This document shows positions 15,043 through 28,690 of a stretch of DNA of 64,000 bases, piece after piece. The first letter of the stretch is position 1. Each line of letters opens with the position of its first letter. The translations under genes and the position numbers were made by a program. The notes below the pieces were generated by a model. It had not been told where the DNA came from and ran no database searches. It saw nothing but the letters and a program-made list of their open reading frames with translations. This DNA comes from Octopus sinensis (Eukaryota), in contig NC_042997.1 in the NCBI RefSeq assembly GCF_006345805.1, forward strand, positions 62,806,001-62,870,000, in the 5' to 3' direction.

Positions 15043-15410
15043 CTAGCTGTGAAGAAGAGAGAAGTTACTAGAAAACTGTCGGAAGCCACCGAGAAAGCAA
15101 GCCATTACATCTGTGGTGTAATAAGAACGAGCATTGAGGGTAGTAGACACATTTGGCCCAGACATGCAGCATCTGACTTGTGCTTTTGTGCAAGAGTTTT
15201 GTTGCCTACATCGATGGGTGGCCCCGAATAGTTCTTGTGCCGTAGTGCAAGGGGCCAAAACACCCTCAGTTTTGTTTCTCCGCCAGATGAAACATCGACT
15301 TCTGCATTCTGAGACGTAATGCAGTAGGAATTTCTGCGCACAAGCGTTTACAGCCCCATCAAAAATATGTTGCCGAAACACCAACAGATGCGGTTTCATT
15401 TTTTAAGACC
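15043..15410 (+). mobile_element. possible 3' end of an RLE-type (R2/NeSL-like) LINE
   Basis: REVTRKLSEATEKASHYIC resembles the terminal 'LSEAAEKAS.WLW' helix of RLE LINEs. A GC-richer UTR-like tract follows. Confidence 0.35.
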
Positions 15411-16119
15411 CGAGAAAACATCAACTCGGGCCAGTTACTGATTCTGTTAAACAAATGACAAGACAAGCATGGTAATACTGCTCATGTATATGTGCCGGTA
15501 ATGTTACTACACATACAAACATCAATGACCACTTCCAAACGAACTGATTGAATTTGATTCCCTATCGACGCTTTACAACAACTACCACACTCAAACGCAC
15601 TCTTTTTTCTCTACTTCCCTACTACAACGGCCTATGACCCTTTCAACCATTTGTAAAAATACTCCATAAATTCAGATATCTACTCACCTTGAATCCCTTC
15701 ACTCAATCTGCCGTGGGTGACATTCCAGCATTCATCCTAAATACTTTGCTTAATTTTCCATTTCAAGAACAGTGATATTCTGGGATTAACTCCTTGTCCA
15801 CGTTATTTCTCCACACACCAACTCAAAACGTTGGACTTAACACGGACAACATCAATTTTATTAGTGTGTCAAGACACGCAAATGTCATCACCACAGAGTC
15901 CTCTTCAAACTTATAAAAATGATTTAAATGACCACTATAAGACAACATATAGGTTGTCATTTTTAAAGTTTATTATAATATATATATATATAAAGGACGC
16001 ATGGCGTTAGATCATATAATAATATAAATATATATATATAAATTGATATATAAATATATGCATATATACATACATATATGTACATACCTACAGATATATG
16101 TATATATACATGCACATAT

Positions 16120-17054
16120 GGGTACAGGACATCAAAAAAACGTTGAACACAATGAGAAACGAAAAAATAAAAGCAAAAACATAGAAAACGAAATTATTTT
16201 CGAACAAAGAAAAAAACAAACAGAGAAACCAGACATGCAACATAAAGAATATTCCTCTTCATCAGTGTCCCTGTTTCTTCTACTCCGCGTTTCGAAGACA
16301 AGGACAATACGCGACTTCGTTGAAATAATCCTTCCAGCAAAGCAAATTAAATGAAATTTGGGATATTTTGCGGAGGGTGAAAGTGGTAACAAAAACAGGA
16401 CAGTGAAAACAAGACAGTAAAAACAAACGGCGAGGGCTGTTAAGCCAAGACGATAGAGAAATTGTTATGAACGCTAGGAAGACGAGCTTATGAGAGGAAA
16501 CAGTTATAAGCACGTGTTGTCTTTAGCAAGGAAATGGGCAGAAAGATAGATTCCCTTTCGTCACGTGTCATCGACGAGAGGATCAAGGCGGAAGAGTGAG
16601 AGAGAGGGAACGGTGAAGAGAAGAGAAGAATAAGGAAGGGTGGGAGAGAAAACCAGAACGATGAAGAACGAGAGAGGGAGAGAGATAGACAGAGAAGAGA
16701 TAGTCTCTACTATCTCTTCTCTGCCTACATCTCTCCCTCTCTTGTTCTTCATCCTTTCTGATTTTCTCTCCCACCCTTCGCTATTCAGCGAAAGGTTGAA
16801 TTAATGCAATTTAAGAAATTGAATTTGTCTGGACATTTGCTCATATGATTTAGGTAAACTCATATGCCATAGGGAAAACATGAACCTGAAGTCGTGAGAT
16901 TGATATTTCGTTTGAATAACAAGAAGTCAGATTCGTCTTCTTCCCACGCAAACTTAATTCGACTTCTGAATTTCAATCTATAAATTTTGCCGATGTATGA
17001 ATCTCCTACCTTCCTCGAAATCTTTTCAGCAACCTTTTTTGATGTCCTGTACCC
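16120..17054. mobile_element. ~935-bp non-coding element with 20-bp terminal inverted repeats and an internal hairpin
   Basis: GGGTACAGGACATCAAAAAA (16120) and TTTTTTGATGTCCTGTACCC (ends 17054), flanked by TA-rich microsatellite. Confidence 0.7.
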
Positions 17055-17065
17055 ATATATGCATA

Positions 17066-17108
<43 letters not shown>

Positions 17109-17209
17109 CAATTGAGGATAAAATCTTTAAAAGAAATTATCAGTAGTCAGCGTGAAAAACCTCGTAAGAGAAAAAATCCGTAAATTCTTCCTCTTTGAAA
17201 ATATTCATT

Positions 17210-17388
17210 TATATTATATTGAGGGTACTACTATTCGTAGATACCAACACGCTAAGAGGGACCAATGCGGTCAAAACTACTAAAAATAAACAAAATTTTA
17301 CCGAATGCAAAACTTCAAAACACATCATTTTAAAAAAGAATTCAGTTACATCTTAGCGTGTTGGTATCTACGAATAGTAGTACCCTCA

Positions 17389-17398
<10 letters not shown>
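17210..17398. mobile_element. MITE-like element with ~47-bp perfect inverted termini
   Basis: ATATTATATTGAGGGTACTACTATTCGTAGATACCAACACGCTAAGA (17211-17257) is the exact reverse complement of 17351-17397. Confidence 0.8.
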
Positions 17399-17426
<28 letters not shown>

Positions 17427-17716
17427 TATTTAACTACTTGTGAAGTCATTCACTAGTGAATTGCATCACACACAACATGGAGCAAATTTCGTCTTAAGAA
17501 AAAATATATATTCAAATAAGTAAAACATAATATCATGAATAGCGATAGCGAAACCGGTCAATATATTAAAAATTATATTAAAACTACGGTAAGTGTGCGT
17601 ATTTCCCTTTTAAATTTCTTATATATATATATTTATAGAATATATTTACAGAATATGCTTCAACACACGAACTCACATAAATAATCTTACAAGCCAAATC
17701 CCCAAACGAAATATAT

Positions 17717-17881
<165 letters not shown>

Positions 17882-17898
17882 CTGTGTGTGTAAAAACA

Positions 17899-18389
17899 GT
17901 CAAGGTAGAAAATGCTAAAAAATTTTTAAAAAACATTTCAGTACTGGTTTCATTCATTGAGACCTTTTCAACTGTTAGTATGGAAAACAATTAAATTAAA
18001 AGAAAAAGTTTTGTTAAAGAATATTTGCATAGTATTCAAATACAAGGAGCATTTTCCTTGTTTCTGCCTGTCTCTGTCTCTCTAGTTTATTCTCGTGGGT
18101 TCGAGGTCGTTGTGAATTATTGGCAGAGAAGAATAAGAAGAAGAAGGAGGAGGAGGATAAGAAGAATGCGAGAGTGCCACATGACTAGGGTGTTACAATA
18201 CTTACGTTGCTAGAAATAAGTGCTAAAAATCTCTAATGCTATAATTAAAGCACATAATTGTATACATATGTACTGATTATAATCGCCCGAAAATACCAGT
18301 CGAGAATTACCTATACTGATCGGTCTGTTTCGGCTAATTCCGTACTGAAATGTTTTTTATAAAATTATTTTATTATTTTCTACCTTGAC
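17899..18389. mobile_element. ~490-bp element with ~45-bp imperfect inverted termini enclosing a Penelope-tail-like segment
   Basis: GTCAAGGTAGAAAAT..AAAAAACATTTCAGTAC vs GTACTGAAATGTTTTTT..TTTTCTACCTTGAC. The internal AGGTCGTTGTGAATT.TTGGCAGAGAAGAA matches 6280-6310. Confidence 0.65.
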
Positions 18390-18453
18390 TTTCTCCCTCC
18401 ATATATAATAACTCGTGTGTTCCTTTTCAACCTTTTACACACACAGAGACACA

Positions 18454-18550
<97 letters not shown>

Positions 18551-18944
18551 GGTGATCCAACATGGTCGCAGTCAAATGACTGAAACAAGTAAAAGAGTAA
18601 AATAATAAAAGAATATAAACACACACACTCGCTTCTGAAATTGTCTTTCAATATATTTCTATTACTACCTTTAATGTCAATAAAATAACATCACAAATGA
18701 CTATGATGAATTATCTATTTGACTATATCATTACCTAGGGTATTAGATTAGAACTGTGAAAATATTTTGGATAAATGTATTTTGACAGATGGGCAAACAG
18801 ACAGACGCAAACGCGCATGACACGTACACACACACTCTCTCTCTTTCGCTCCCTCAGCCTCCCACACATATAGATAGGAATCGATATAGATGACTGAAAA
18901 GATGAAATTCCTTTTAAAATTATTGATAAACTGTAATATCGATT

Positions 18945-19316
18945 TCAAATTTTAGCACAATGCCAGCAATTTCAAGGGAGGAGTTAAGTCGATTATATGG
19001 ACCCTAGCGCTCAACTGGTACTTGTTTTATTGACTCCGAAGGGATGAAAGGCAAAGTCGACCTCGGCCATGAGAAACAGTAATGAAGGTATCAAATGTTG
19101 GCACAAGGCCAGCAATTTAGAGATTTCCGAATTCATATGAGTATCAATCAAGGCATTCGACATTTTAGAATACTGTAAAAATTTGATATAAATTATATAT
19201 TTGATACTTCGGACATTATTTATGGAATGACCTGATATATACGACAAGCTTCTTTCAGTTGTCGTCTACCAAATCCTCTCTATTGTACTTGCCCAGGTTG
19301 CCACGTAGTGAGACTG
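18945..19316 (-). mobile_element. SINE family 1 and family 3 fragments
   Basis: GGATGAAAGGCAAAGTCGACCTCGG (family 1) and CTTCTTTCAGTTGTCGTCTACCAAATCC (family 3). Confidence 0.65.
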
Positions 19317-19336
19317 ATATATATATATATATATAT

Positions 19337-20418
19337 AAACAATGATAGATCATTTAATGATACGTTTTTTTGAGAGATAAGTAAACTTTTTTATTTAAAA
19401 AATATTATTGTAGTCTATATAACTATTGATTGTTAAATATGAATTTATAATTTTTTCATTTGTTAATGATAATTTAGATATGTTCATTTATTTAATTAGT
19501 TTATAATTAATATATCTGAATTTTAAGATATTAATTAGTCACTTTGCGATCTAGATCGTAAAAATGTTTTTAATAATAGTAATAAGTATTTTATAAAGAT
19601 AGGTTATACGTTTTTAATTTGGAATTTTTCAATTCTTAAATTGTATTTCATACATGTTTTCTAAAGATATCTATGTAACTAATAATGGACTAATTTATTC
19701 ATTGGTTATATGTTTATATGTTTATTGATAGAAAAAATATAGATTTTTAATTACTATTTTTGTTGATTATAAATTAGATATTTATTTTTATGTATTTATT
19801 ATTTTATTTGCGAAATAAAATCTAAAAATATTAATAGTAATTGTTTTGTTAAATAGTTTGGTAATTAGATATCGGAGTCTAACTAGGTAACAGATATTTT
19901 ATAGTTTATTAATGTTTTTTAAGCTAAATTATATCTTCGCAGATAAATATATTTTTCTATCTATTTACTCTATTTTTTTACCTTAAATATTTAACATAAT
20001 AAATGTATTGTAGGAAACTGATCCTAATGTTTTAAGTTTCAAATTAAGTTAATGGAGTTTTTTCAATAAGAAAAATATTGTTAAACTCTATTTGTTATTA
20101 TTCTTAACCTGAAGATTGACAATAATTTTAAATTGAATTCATTTTAATTAAATTAAAATTTAATTGTAATTCGAATTTAATCATAGCCATGAAAGGTGCG
20201 TTGTTTTTTTACTTATACTTTTTTATACATTTTGTGATCTAGTTATATGTTTTATAAAAATATATTTTATTTGTTATTTATGTTTTGGTTTATGTCTATC
20301 ATTGTTTGAATTGCATAATAGTGGCTTTATCTCTAATTTATATTTTATATATTTATACTGTGAAATTTGATTTAATACTAAATTGAATTTTCCCTGTAAG
20401 TTTGGAGTTATACTCCCT
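19337..20418 (+). pseudogene. nad4: old nuclear mitochondrial insertion (NUMT): decayed nad4, possibly extending into trnH and the start of nad5
   Basis: Very AT-rich and T-skewed ~1.1-kb block. Colinear remnants of mollusc ND4 (invertebrate mt code, compared from memory): FFWE, LISL(W), MLIS(Q), CI..ETD (cf. CIGQSD), (Y)EK..SLF, H..C (cf. QHGGC), HFV..V (cf. LHFVPLV). No intact ORF. Confidence 0.55.
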
Positions 20419-20451
20419 AATATTATATATATATATATGTATATATCTCTT

Positions 20452-20842
20452 ATACTCTTATACTTGTTTCAGTCATTTGACTGCGGCCATACTGGAGCAC
20501 CGTCTTTAATCGAGCAACTCGACCCCGGGACTTTTGTAAACCCAGTACTTATTCTATTGGTCTCTTTTGCCGAATCGCTAAGTAACGGCGACATAAACAC
20601 ATCAGCATCGGTTGTCAAGCAAGGCTAGGGGGACAACCACAGACACATAAACACACACACGCATATATATATACATATATACGACGGGCTTCTTTCAGTT
20701 TCCGTCTACCAAATCCACTCACAAGGCTTTGGTCGGCCCGAGGCTACAGTAGAAGACAGCTGCCCAAGGTGCCACGCAGTGGGACCGAACCCTGAACCAT
20801 GTGGTTGGTAAACAAGCTACTTACCACACAGCTACTCCTGCG

Positions 20843-20845
<3 letters not shown>
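20452..20845 (-). mobile_element. SINE family 3 (tRNA-derived), near full length
   Basis: Minus strand starts AGGCGCAGGAGTAGCTGTGTGGTAAG (A box) with GGTTCAGGGTTCGGTCCC (B box). It matches the copy at 59762-60170. Confidence 0.85.
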
Positions 20846-20936
<91 letters not shown>

Positions 20937-20939
20937 ATA

Positions 20940-20997
<58 letters not shown>

Positions 20998-21437
20998 TGT
21001 ATGTATGTATGTATGTATGTATGTGTGTGTGTATGTATATGGTATGAAAATGTGAGTTGAATTTACAATGGAATTGGAAACGAATTCCAAGAATAATTGA
21101 TTTTGTAAAAAACTTCATAGTGGAAAAATAACTCGAGAATGTATATGTAGATGTGCTAAAGCTGCATAATTGCTTTAAATTCATTGGGAAAAAAGCGTTG
21201 AAGTTGATGGTAAAATTAATTTCACAATGATTCTAAAAGGATTTTAAAAACAAATATTTTCATTTATTCGTCCATCTGCTTAGATTCCCTCTATCTGCTT
21301 AATTAATTATGTATGTATGTATGTACGAATGTGTGTATGTATGTTTGTGTGTGCGTGTGCGTGAGCGTCCATGCATGCATATGTGTATGTATGTATGTAT
21401 GTATGTATGTATGTATGTATGTATGTATGTATGTATG

Positions 21438-21487
<50 letters not shown>

Positions 21488-22371
21488 ATCAGTTGCTGTC
21501 GTGGCTGTATATTTACATATGTCTGGCAATGTTTCCCTGTATGTGAATGTTTGTACCAATGTGCCACGAAAATCTATGCATCATATGTGTATGTTTTTAT
21601 TAAACGAAAACCGAAAGAAACTCGCTTTTAAGCACATACGCGTACATGCAAACATATGAACATATACATAGATCTGTAAATATCGACATATTTCTCCTCT
21701 CACTGGAACTTGCCGTTATAAATTTTTGAAGAGGATATATTACAGGAACTGCATCATTAAAAATTAAAAAATCTAATTAAATTAAGCAATGTCACACTGG
21801 GAGGATGGACAACTGTTGCAGCGCAATGCAATCTACTGTTCACTCCGCTTCATAATCTCGCACACTCATACACACGTACAAACCCAAACATACGCATGCA
21901 GACACGCAAGAAAACGAAAGAAAGTAAGCAACACTTTATTATTTTATTTATATATATAAAGATAGCTGTTATTTTGTTACTGGAAATAGTTTTTGTTTAC
22001 TTGTTAGAGAGCTAGGTGGTCATAATCGCCTAATTGGTGCTTTGTTTCATTATTTCCCTAATAATAACTTCACGAAGTGTCGTTGTTAATTATAAAATTC
22101 ATCAGCTGACTCGACTACAGTATTGGCGAGAAAGTGAAAAAAATGAGGTCAATGTTGTTTATTAGCATGCTTCTCTCGAACGATGGATAAAATGCCTTAT
22201 ATTCAATTACGCCCATTTTTTTTTACATTGCGTGTTCTGACAATGCTAGAGTCTATATAACTTTTATTCTTATGTACTGAGGCTGATTTGATTGGCTACA
22301 ACGTTTCCCTATACCTATGTAGTATTTTATTAGTGTAAAAAACCTATATTAGTATTCTATTTACGAATATT

Positions 22372-22545
22372 AAGATGGCAAGCTGCGAGAATCTTTAGCA
22401 GCATTTTGTCCGTCTTTATGTCCTGAGTTCAAATTCCGCCAAGTCGACTTTGCCTTTCATCGTTTCGGGGTCGAACACTGTGGACGATGTAACTAACCAG
22501 TCCCCTCCCCCCAAATTTTATCCCTTGTGCCCATAGAAGAAAGGA
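22372..22545 (+). mobile_element. SINE family 1 copy
   Basis: GAGTTCAAATTCCGCCAAGTCGACTTTGCCTTTCATCG; tail CCCTTGTGCCCATAGAAGAAAGG. Confidence 0.75.
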
Positions 22546-23259
22546 CATCTACGAATATTCATACCGCGTCTTTGAATAAAATAAGTCAGTAGGTACTATC
22601 GATAAGTCGTCGCATTCTTAGATGAAGAGTAGCAGTTCCTTTTCCGTCGTAATGTAGGGTAAAAGGTCAAGATTCTTGACTTTCGAATAATAAACACAGA
22701 TAATTTTTACCTATAAACAGCGTGAGCCTTGTATAAAGTGTTAGACTTAATTCATCTCCCGGGATTATACGACTACTCGACCCTTGTATACTTATAGCTA
22801 TGCCTATTCTGTAGTAGTGTTCAATTCAATTTAAGGTATCAATGACTGTAGGAGAGGGATTTTTTTCTCCTGAAGTGATCCCCAACAATGCATATATTTG
22901 TCTCGACATGAAGAATTGGTAGAATTCATTTTTACCTGACCATATTATTGGCTATCAAAACTAGTCTTCCGGCAAATCCAAGTTGAAGTACTTGGTTTGA
23001 AGAACATCAATCTATCATGAGATAGAAGGTCATCTTTTCAATTCCTACACAGGAATAGATCTACGGATTGGTTACATTTACGTTTAACTGCCATGACTAT
23101 TTTAAGGGGTTAATTAAAGAAAGCATTATGTACTGCAGTTTCGTTATTTTGAGAATGCCAGAATGTAGTCATTATTTTAAACTTCTTGCGGGTTTATGAA
23201 CACAATCAATTATGTAATGATTTCGTGGTTAGGCATACGACAAACAGGTTTGAAGGAAA

Positions 23260-23830
23260 TGTGTAAATCGATTACGTCGAATTCAGTAGTTGATTGTTAT
23301 TTTGTTATTCAACGACCAAAGAAGGATGAAAGGCAAAGTTGCCATTGAACTCAGAAATAAAGAACTGAAACAAAATACTGCCAGGTATTTTCCCCGATGT
23401 TGTAACAATTTTTCTAATCCACCGTTCTATGTAACATGATTTGATAATAGTAGGTTCAAAATTCCACCAAGGTCGACTTTGCCTTTTATCCTTCTGGAGT
23501 AGATAGAAAAAAGTACCGGCTGAATACTGGAGTCGAAGTAATCACCTTATCTCGTACCATGAAATTTGCGGGCCTTGTGCCAAAATTTGAAACCGGTATT
23601 AGTGGGTTCAAAGCGACGAATAGACAGAATCGTTAGCACGCCGGACAAAATCTTTAGCAGCGTTTCGTCTGTCTTTACATTCTGAGTTCAAATTCTACCG
23701 AGGTCGATTTTTGCCTTTTATCCTTACGGGGTCGATAAAATAAGTACCATTTAAGCCCGGGAGTCGATGTAATCGACTTAGCCCCTCCCCAAAATTGCTG
23801 GCTCTGTGCGAAAATTTGAAACCGTTATTA
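23260..23830. mobile_element. cluster of three SINE family 1 copies (one minus, two plus)
   Basis: Core motifs at ~23325 (-), ~23455 (+) and ~23680 (+). Confidence 0.75.
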
Positions 23831-24109
23831 GAGAGTTCAAACAGATATCAAGACTAAACATTTTATCTGAATCACTAATAGATCATATCATGAGATGACC
23901 ACATAGAAGCAGTATAAGTGATTAGTTCAGAACTTCGTTTCATAGCAAGGTCCTGCGTTCGATGACCCTGTGTGGTATCATGATCCAGATTTTTTTCTTA
24001 TATCCTCAAGTCTACTTGTATTTTGTGAGAGAAACTGCGTAGAAAAGTATGTCGAAGTCCGGCAGTTGAATTGTATCTAAAATTGCTATATGCTGAGTCA
24101 CACTCAGTC

Positions 24110-24260
24110 TCTTTGAAGATAACTGGTACTTATTTAATCGCCCCCAAAAGGATGAAGGACAAAGTTAACCATCGCGGAATTCGAACTCAGAACGTAGAGA
24201 CGGACGAAATGTCGCAGAGCATCTTACCCGGTGTGCTAACGTTTCGACTAGCTCGCCGCC
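24110..24260 (-). mobile_element. SINE family 1 copy
   Basis: GAACTCAGAACGTAGAGACGGACGAAATG..GCTCGCCGCC. Confidence 0.75.
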
Positions 24261-24701
24261 TAAAATCCTGTTTTTATAGTAAGCAATCTAGATATATGAA
24301 GAGACATTAGATTCCAGGAGTTGAAATAACTGGATTTTATATTATCAAAACATCGTTAAATTTCTTAGTATCATGCTGTCTACAGCTTCGTTTGGCAACT
24401 TTTATGTACCAACTCTCATTCAGATGATACATGAACCTATGCTCATTTGAAGAAACTTTTTGTGGAAAAAGACCAGATATAACAGCATTATATAGATTGT
24501 ATAATATACACAAGGGTAGTCGAGATACAACTAGCATTTGTGTTTCGTGAGATTGAATTGCATATGAATATTTCTCTGTACTACATCCGAAGATGTTCTA
24601 CCGTGCTATTCCTACATGCCTTCTTTTCACTTATTGTTATTCTAAATATTATATCCAAGCTCTGTTAGATCTGAACTACGGCAGTATTCTTCATAAAAGT
24701 C

Positions 24702-24788
24702 TACTACTACTACTACTACTACTACTACTGCTGCTGCTGCTACTACTACTGCTGCTGCTGCTGTTGCTGCTGTTGCTACTGTTGCTCC

Positions 24789-24847
<59 letters not shown>

Positions 24848-24868
24848 ACTGTTGCTCCCTACTACTAC
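24702..24868. repeat. compound (CTA)n/(CTG)n microsatellite
   Basis: Direct inspection. A similar array lies at 47997-48170. Confidence 0.95.
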
Positions 24869-27800
24869 TGACACCTATATTAAAAATAGGAAAATTAATT
24901 GTTTGTATTATCGGAAAATTGCAAGACTTCATATATCTACTATATAAAATTTAAAACAGAAACCATTCTCGTCTTCATGTCTACTCTGTGATTGATTGTG
25001 AAGCACCATACCTATTTCAAATATAGACATTCTACTGGTAAAGTAGTTTGTCAATTAGCACAAGTTTATCAACTGATACACTTACTGTCTATTCTAATGA
25101 AATCAATAATATAATTTTCTCTCATATTTTCTCACACTTCTGAAAATTTATTTGCCATTGTCCCTCTAGTACACAAGGCAAAGGATACTCATAATGTTTG
25201 CCAGTTGAGTTGTGGATATCTTAACTTTAAGAGGAGAGAACAAAGTTCAGTATCTATTTAAAGTGAATTTCGATGCTGATAAGAACAATGGCTAATATTC
25301 TCTTGCTAGGTTTCGCTGCTTATTTTGTCATGTTTGTATGAACCAGCAATGATAGAGAAATGTAACCCATTGCCTATCCTGTGATACCGAAGGCATATTT
25401 CAAAGGTATTCGTGTACCATATATGAGACACATTTCCAATTATTTTCAACTAGTAGAATAGCTTAGGTCTTATGAAAGGAAAACTTTATATTATTCAGAT
25501 CGTATGAAACAATGGCTGACTAAAAGTCTGAAAACGAGCGTGGGTGTTTAGGCCAAACTGACGAAAATGCTTTGGACAGGCAAAAGGTTAATGATTCCTA
25601 ATTTACGAAGCGGACGGAAATATGAAATTTTTGATAAGAAATCAAGATAAAGAAATCGCTTGGGAAAAATTAAAATATCGAAATATTGCAAAAGGAGGCA
25701 GAAAATTAACAAAACTTAAAATTAGTTACTAATCCCATTTAGTTAACTATATGACTTATGTAAAATTGCTTCTGCTACTACGAAACATTTATAATAGCGC
25801 ATGCTTCTTGAATGGCATGTCAGATTCTGGGTTCTACATGTTTAAGTACTAATATGCCAGACCAAAATGCTTCTTTCCTTTGCTAAGCTTTTATACATAC
25901 ACTTCGACATGTCAAATTATGAGATGAAGCTATGAATATTTCCAGATTTTTACTATTACAATAAACTAAAGTAATATTTGGTTATTTAATAATGCAGGAG
26001 CTTCTGAAATGAGATGTGTGTAATATAGATATAAAAATATTCAAATAAATAAAAAAGAGTTTCAGTAGATATAAATGTACAGCTTTCTTCCTATCGATGT
26101 TATGGTTTTGACAGTAATTTTAACAAACGTCACAAGAACAAGTGTTTTATTCAGTAATTTCAACTGGTAATTATTATGAAACAAATAATCTGTAACTCGA
26201 ACAGCTGCAGAAGCAATTTCGCAGTGTGTATACTCCCCTACATACTTTTAGATTTATAACTAGTATAGTCATACTGTTCATATGCTTATGTACAGCCGCA
26301 ATAGTATGTGAATGTTTCAAAATTCCAAAGGAAAGAACAAAAATAAATAAACTCACACGAAAGAAAAATAAACAAATATTTAATATAGATTTAGTGAACC
26401 ATTGAAATACGTTCAGTTCTAGCCTTCAGATATCGAGTGATATTTACTTGAGGCGTATCAATATTGATTTCTCCCAGTGGCGTAAGGAAGCTGAAAATTT
26501 ATTGGGAAGGGGATCGAGCAACTTAATCAACCCAATGTAGAATAGGCACTTATCTTCTCGACCTGAGAAGAATAAAATACAAGATTAACCACAGTGGAAT
26601 TTGAAATTTGAAAGTAAACAAACTTGATAAAGCGCTGTAAGGAATTTCTTTTCCACTCTACAACATGTGAAGTTTGTGCCATTTCACATTTTTTCACTTT
26701 GCAATCATAAGAGAAGCCAACGAGAAGAAACTAAAACCTTTGTGTGGGTTACTCACTTTGCCCTAAATTTCAAACAAATCTCCCTCAAATCACACCCTGA
26801 TATCTGATATAAGGAAAGGATACTCTAATTCACGCAGTCCTAAATACTAAAAAGACCTGACGCTCACCGCTTGAAAAGCCTTTGAATATTGCTCTGTACG
26901 AGCAAAACAACAGTAACAACAAAAACAGCGACAGCAACAACAGAAACAACAGTCACAAACGAAGGACCCAAAATAATCTCGTCATTTGCTATCCTTTTTT
27001 TTTAACACGAAATTGCATTGCCGCTTTTGGTTATTGTTTAGTCATGGACAACCAGCGGCCCGTGAGACTTTCTGAATCACCCGCCTAACGAAAAATTACC
27101 TTGATATACTTCACTAGTGTGATCCACCTGATGATGAACCATGTCTCATATGGCTCACTTCCCGATAAAGGTTGCTCATGCCTGGATGGTAAAAGTAGCA
27201 ACTCTCAATATTCTGCTTTGCAGTCGGAAGACATGCTGCTGAAAATATCTCTCCAAAACTGTTTTCTGAGCCACAACTGATACACTCAATAGCCAATTCA
27301 TCGAAAGATCTACATTTCATAACCTATCAATGGCATGGCTCTTACCTTTCAAAATGCTTGATTCTCAAATACCTCATTACACCTGGCATTCAACAGGCGC
27401 CTGTGCGTGGTACATATCGCCCCAGCATTCAACGCATTCACTGTGTTATTAAACAAGGTTTTATTAGATTGTAGGTTTGGTTTCAAAATTTCTCAGAAGA
27501 GTCAATTAAAAAGAATCAGCTCCGTCGCAACAAACTCATGTACTTGGAAACTGTCTCCATGTACGTCATACATTTGAGACATAGTAGTATTTATTTTAGA
27601 AAGAAATATTTACTAAGCAAATAGCAAATAGTCACATTACATTAAGAAGAAATAAACAGAATGACTGAATATTTTTCTGTAAGAGAATAACAAAATGTAT
27701 TTCTACATCTTCAATTCTAAATATACGATAAAAGAATATTTTTTGATAACAATAATGGAAGCCTTTTCGTGTGATAATTCTTATTTAGTGACATTTATAA

Positions 27801-28239
27801 TGGATTATCTTTCTTATATTTTTTCTCTTTCCGATACATTTATTTATCATAGAAATATATCTATGTCTTCACCAAATACTATTTACTTCTATCTCATTAT
27901 ATGGGCACGTCTCAAGGTGGAGAAGATTTGCTATACACATTTTACACGATCATTTTTATACATTAATATTCTCTTATATACATATAATTTTTTAAATCTT
28001 CAGAAAACAATATATGCCCATTTATAGTGGTTTTGTTTTTTACAACTTTTACAATGCTCTCCTGGTATAGGGAAATACTTATTCTGAGATATAAAAGCAA
28101 AAATTACATTAAATTATTTACTCCACTATATTGTTTACTCAAAATTTAAATATTAAGATTTTCATATTGTGCGGAATGGTCTAATGCAGTGGTTCTCATA
28201 CTGACAAAAAACATTCTTTATCATTGTTTCTCCACCAAA

Positions 28240-28690
28240 TATCGATTTCAAATTCTGGCACAAGGCCAACATTTCCAGGGGAGGAATAAGTCGATTACAT
28301 CGATCAGAGCGTCCAACTAGGTACGTTTTTATCGACCACGAAAGGATGAAAGGCAAAGTCTACTCCGGCGGCATTTGAACTCAGAACGTATATTCGGACG
28401 AAATACTGCTGAGGATTTTGTCCGGCGTGCAAATGATTCTGCCAGCTCGCTGCCTTGCCTCCACCTAATATTTTTCTCGTTCCCGTCGTCATTAATAATT
28501 TCAGATTTAAGCACGAAGCCAACAAGGGAAGGAAAACCCCAATTACATCGATCCCAGTGTTTATTTTAATGATCCCGAAAGGATGAAAGATATAGTCGAC
28601 CTTGGCAGCATTTGAAATCAGATCGTAAAGAACTAGAGCAAATACGTCAAAATATTTCTCCAAACACGCTAACAATTCTGCTAGCTCGGA
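28240..28690 (-). mobile_element. two tandem SINE family 1 copies
   Basis: Core motifs at ~28340 and ~28580. Confidence 0.75.

Noticed and set aside
16255-16325. Hammerhead parts (CGCGTA, CGAAACGCG, CTGATGA, 8-bp stem) on the minus strand
   Set aside because: The order places GAAA inside the stem I loop and stem II does not close, so no valid monomer topology exists.
27114-27320. Cys-containing 68-aa ORF (also 58864-59085) as candidate host exons
   Set aside because: No recognisable family and no convincing splice-site pair, so they cannot be supported without a search.
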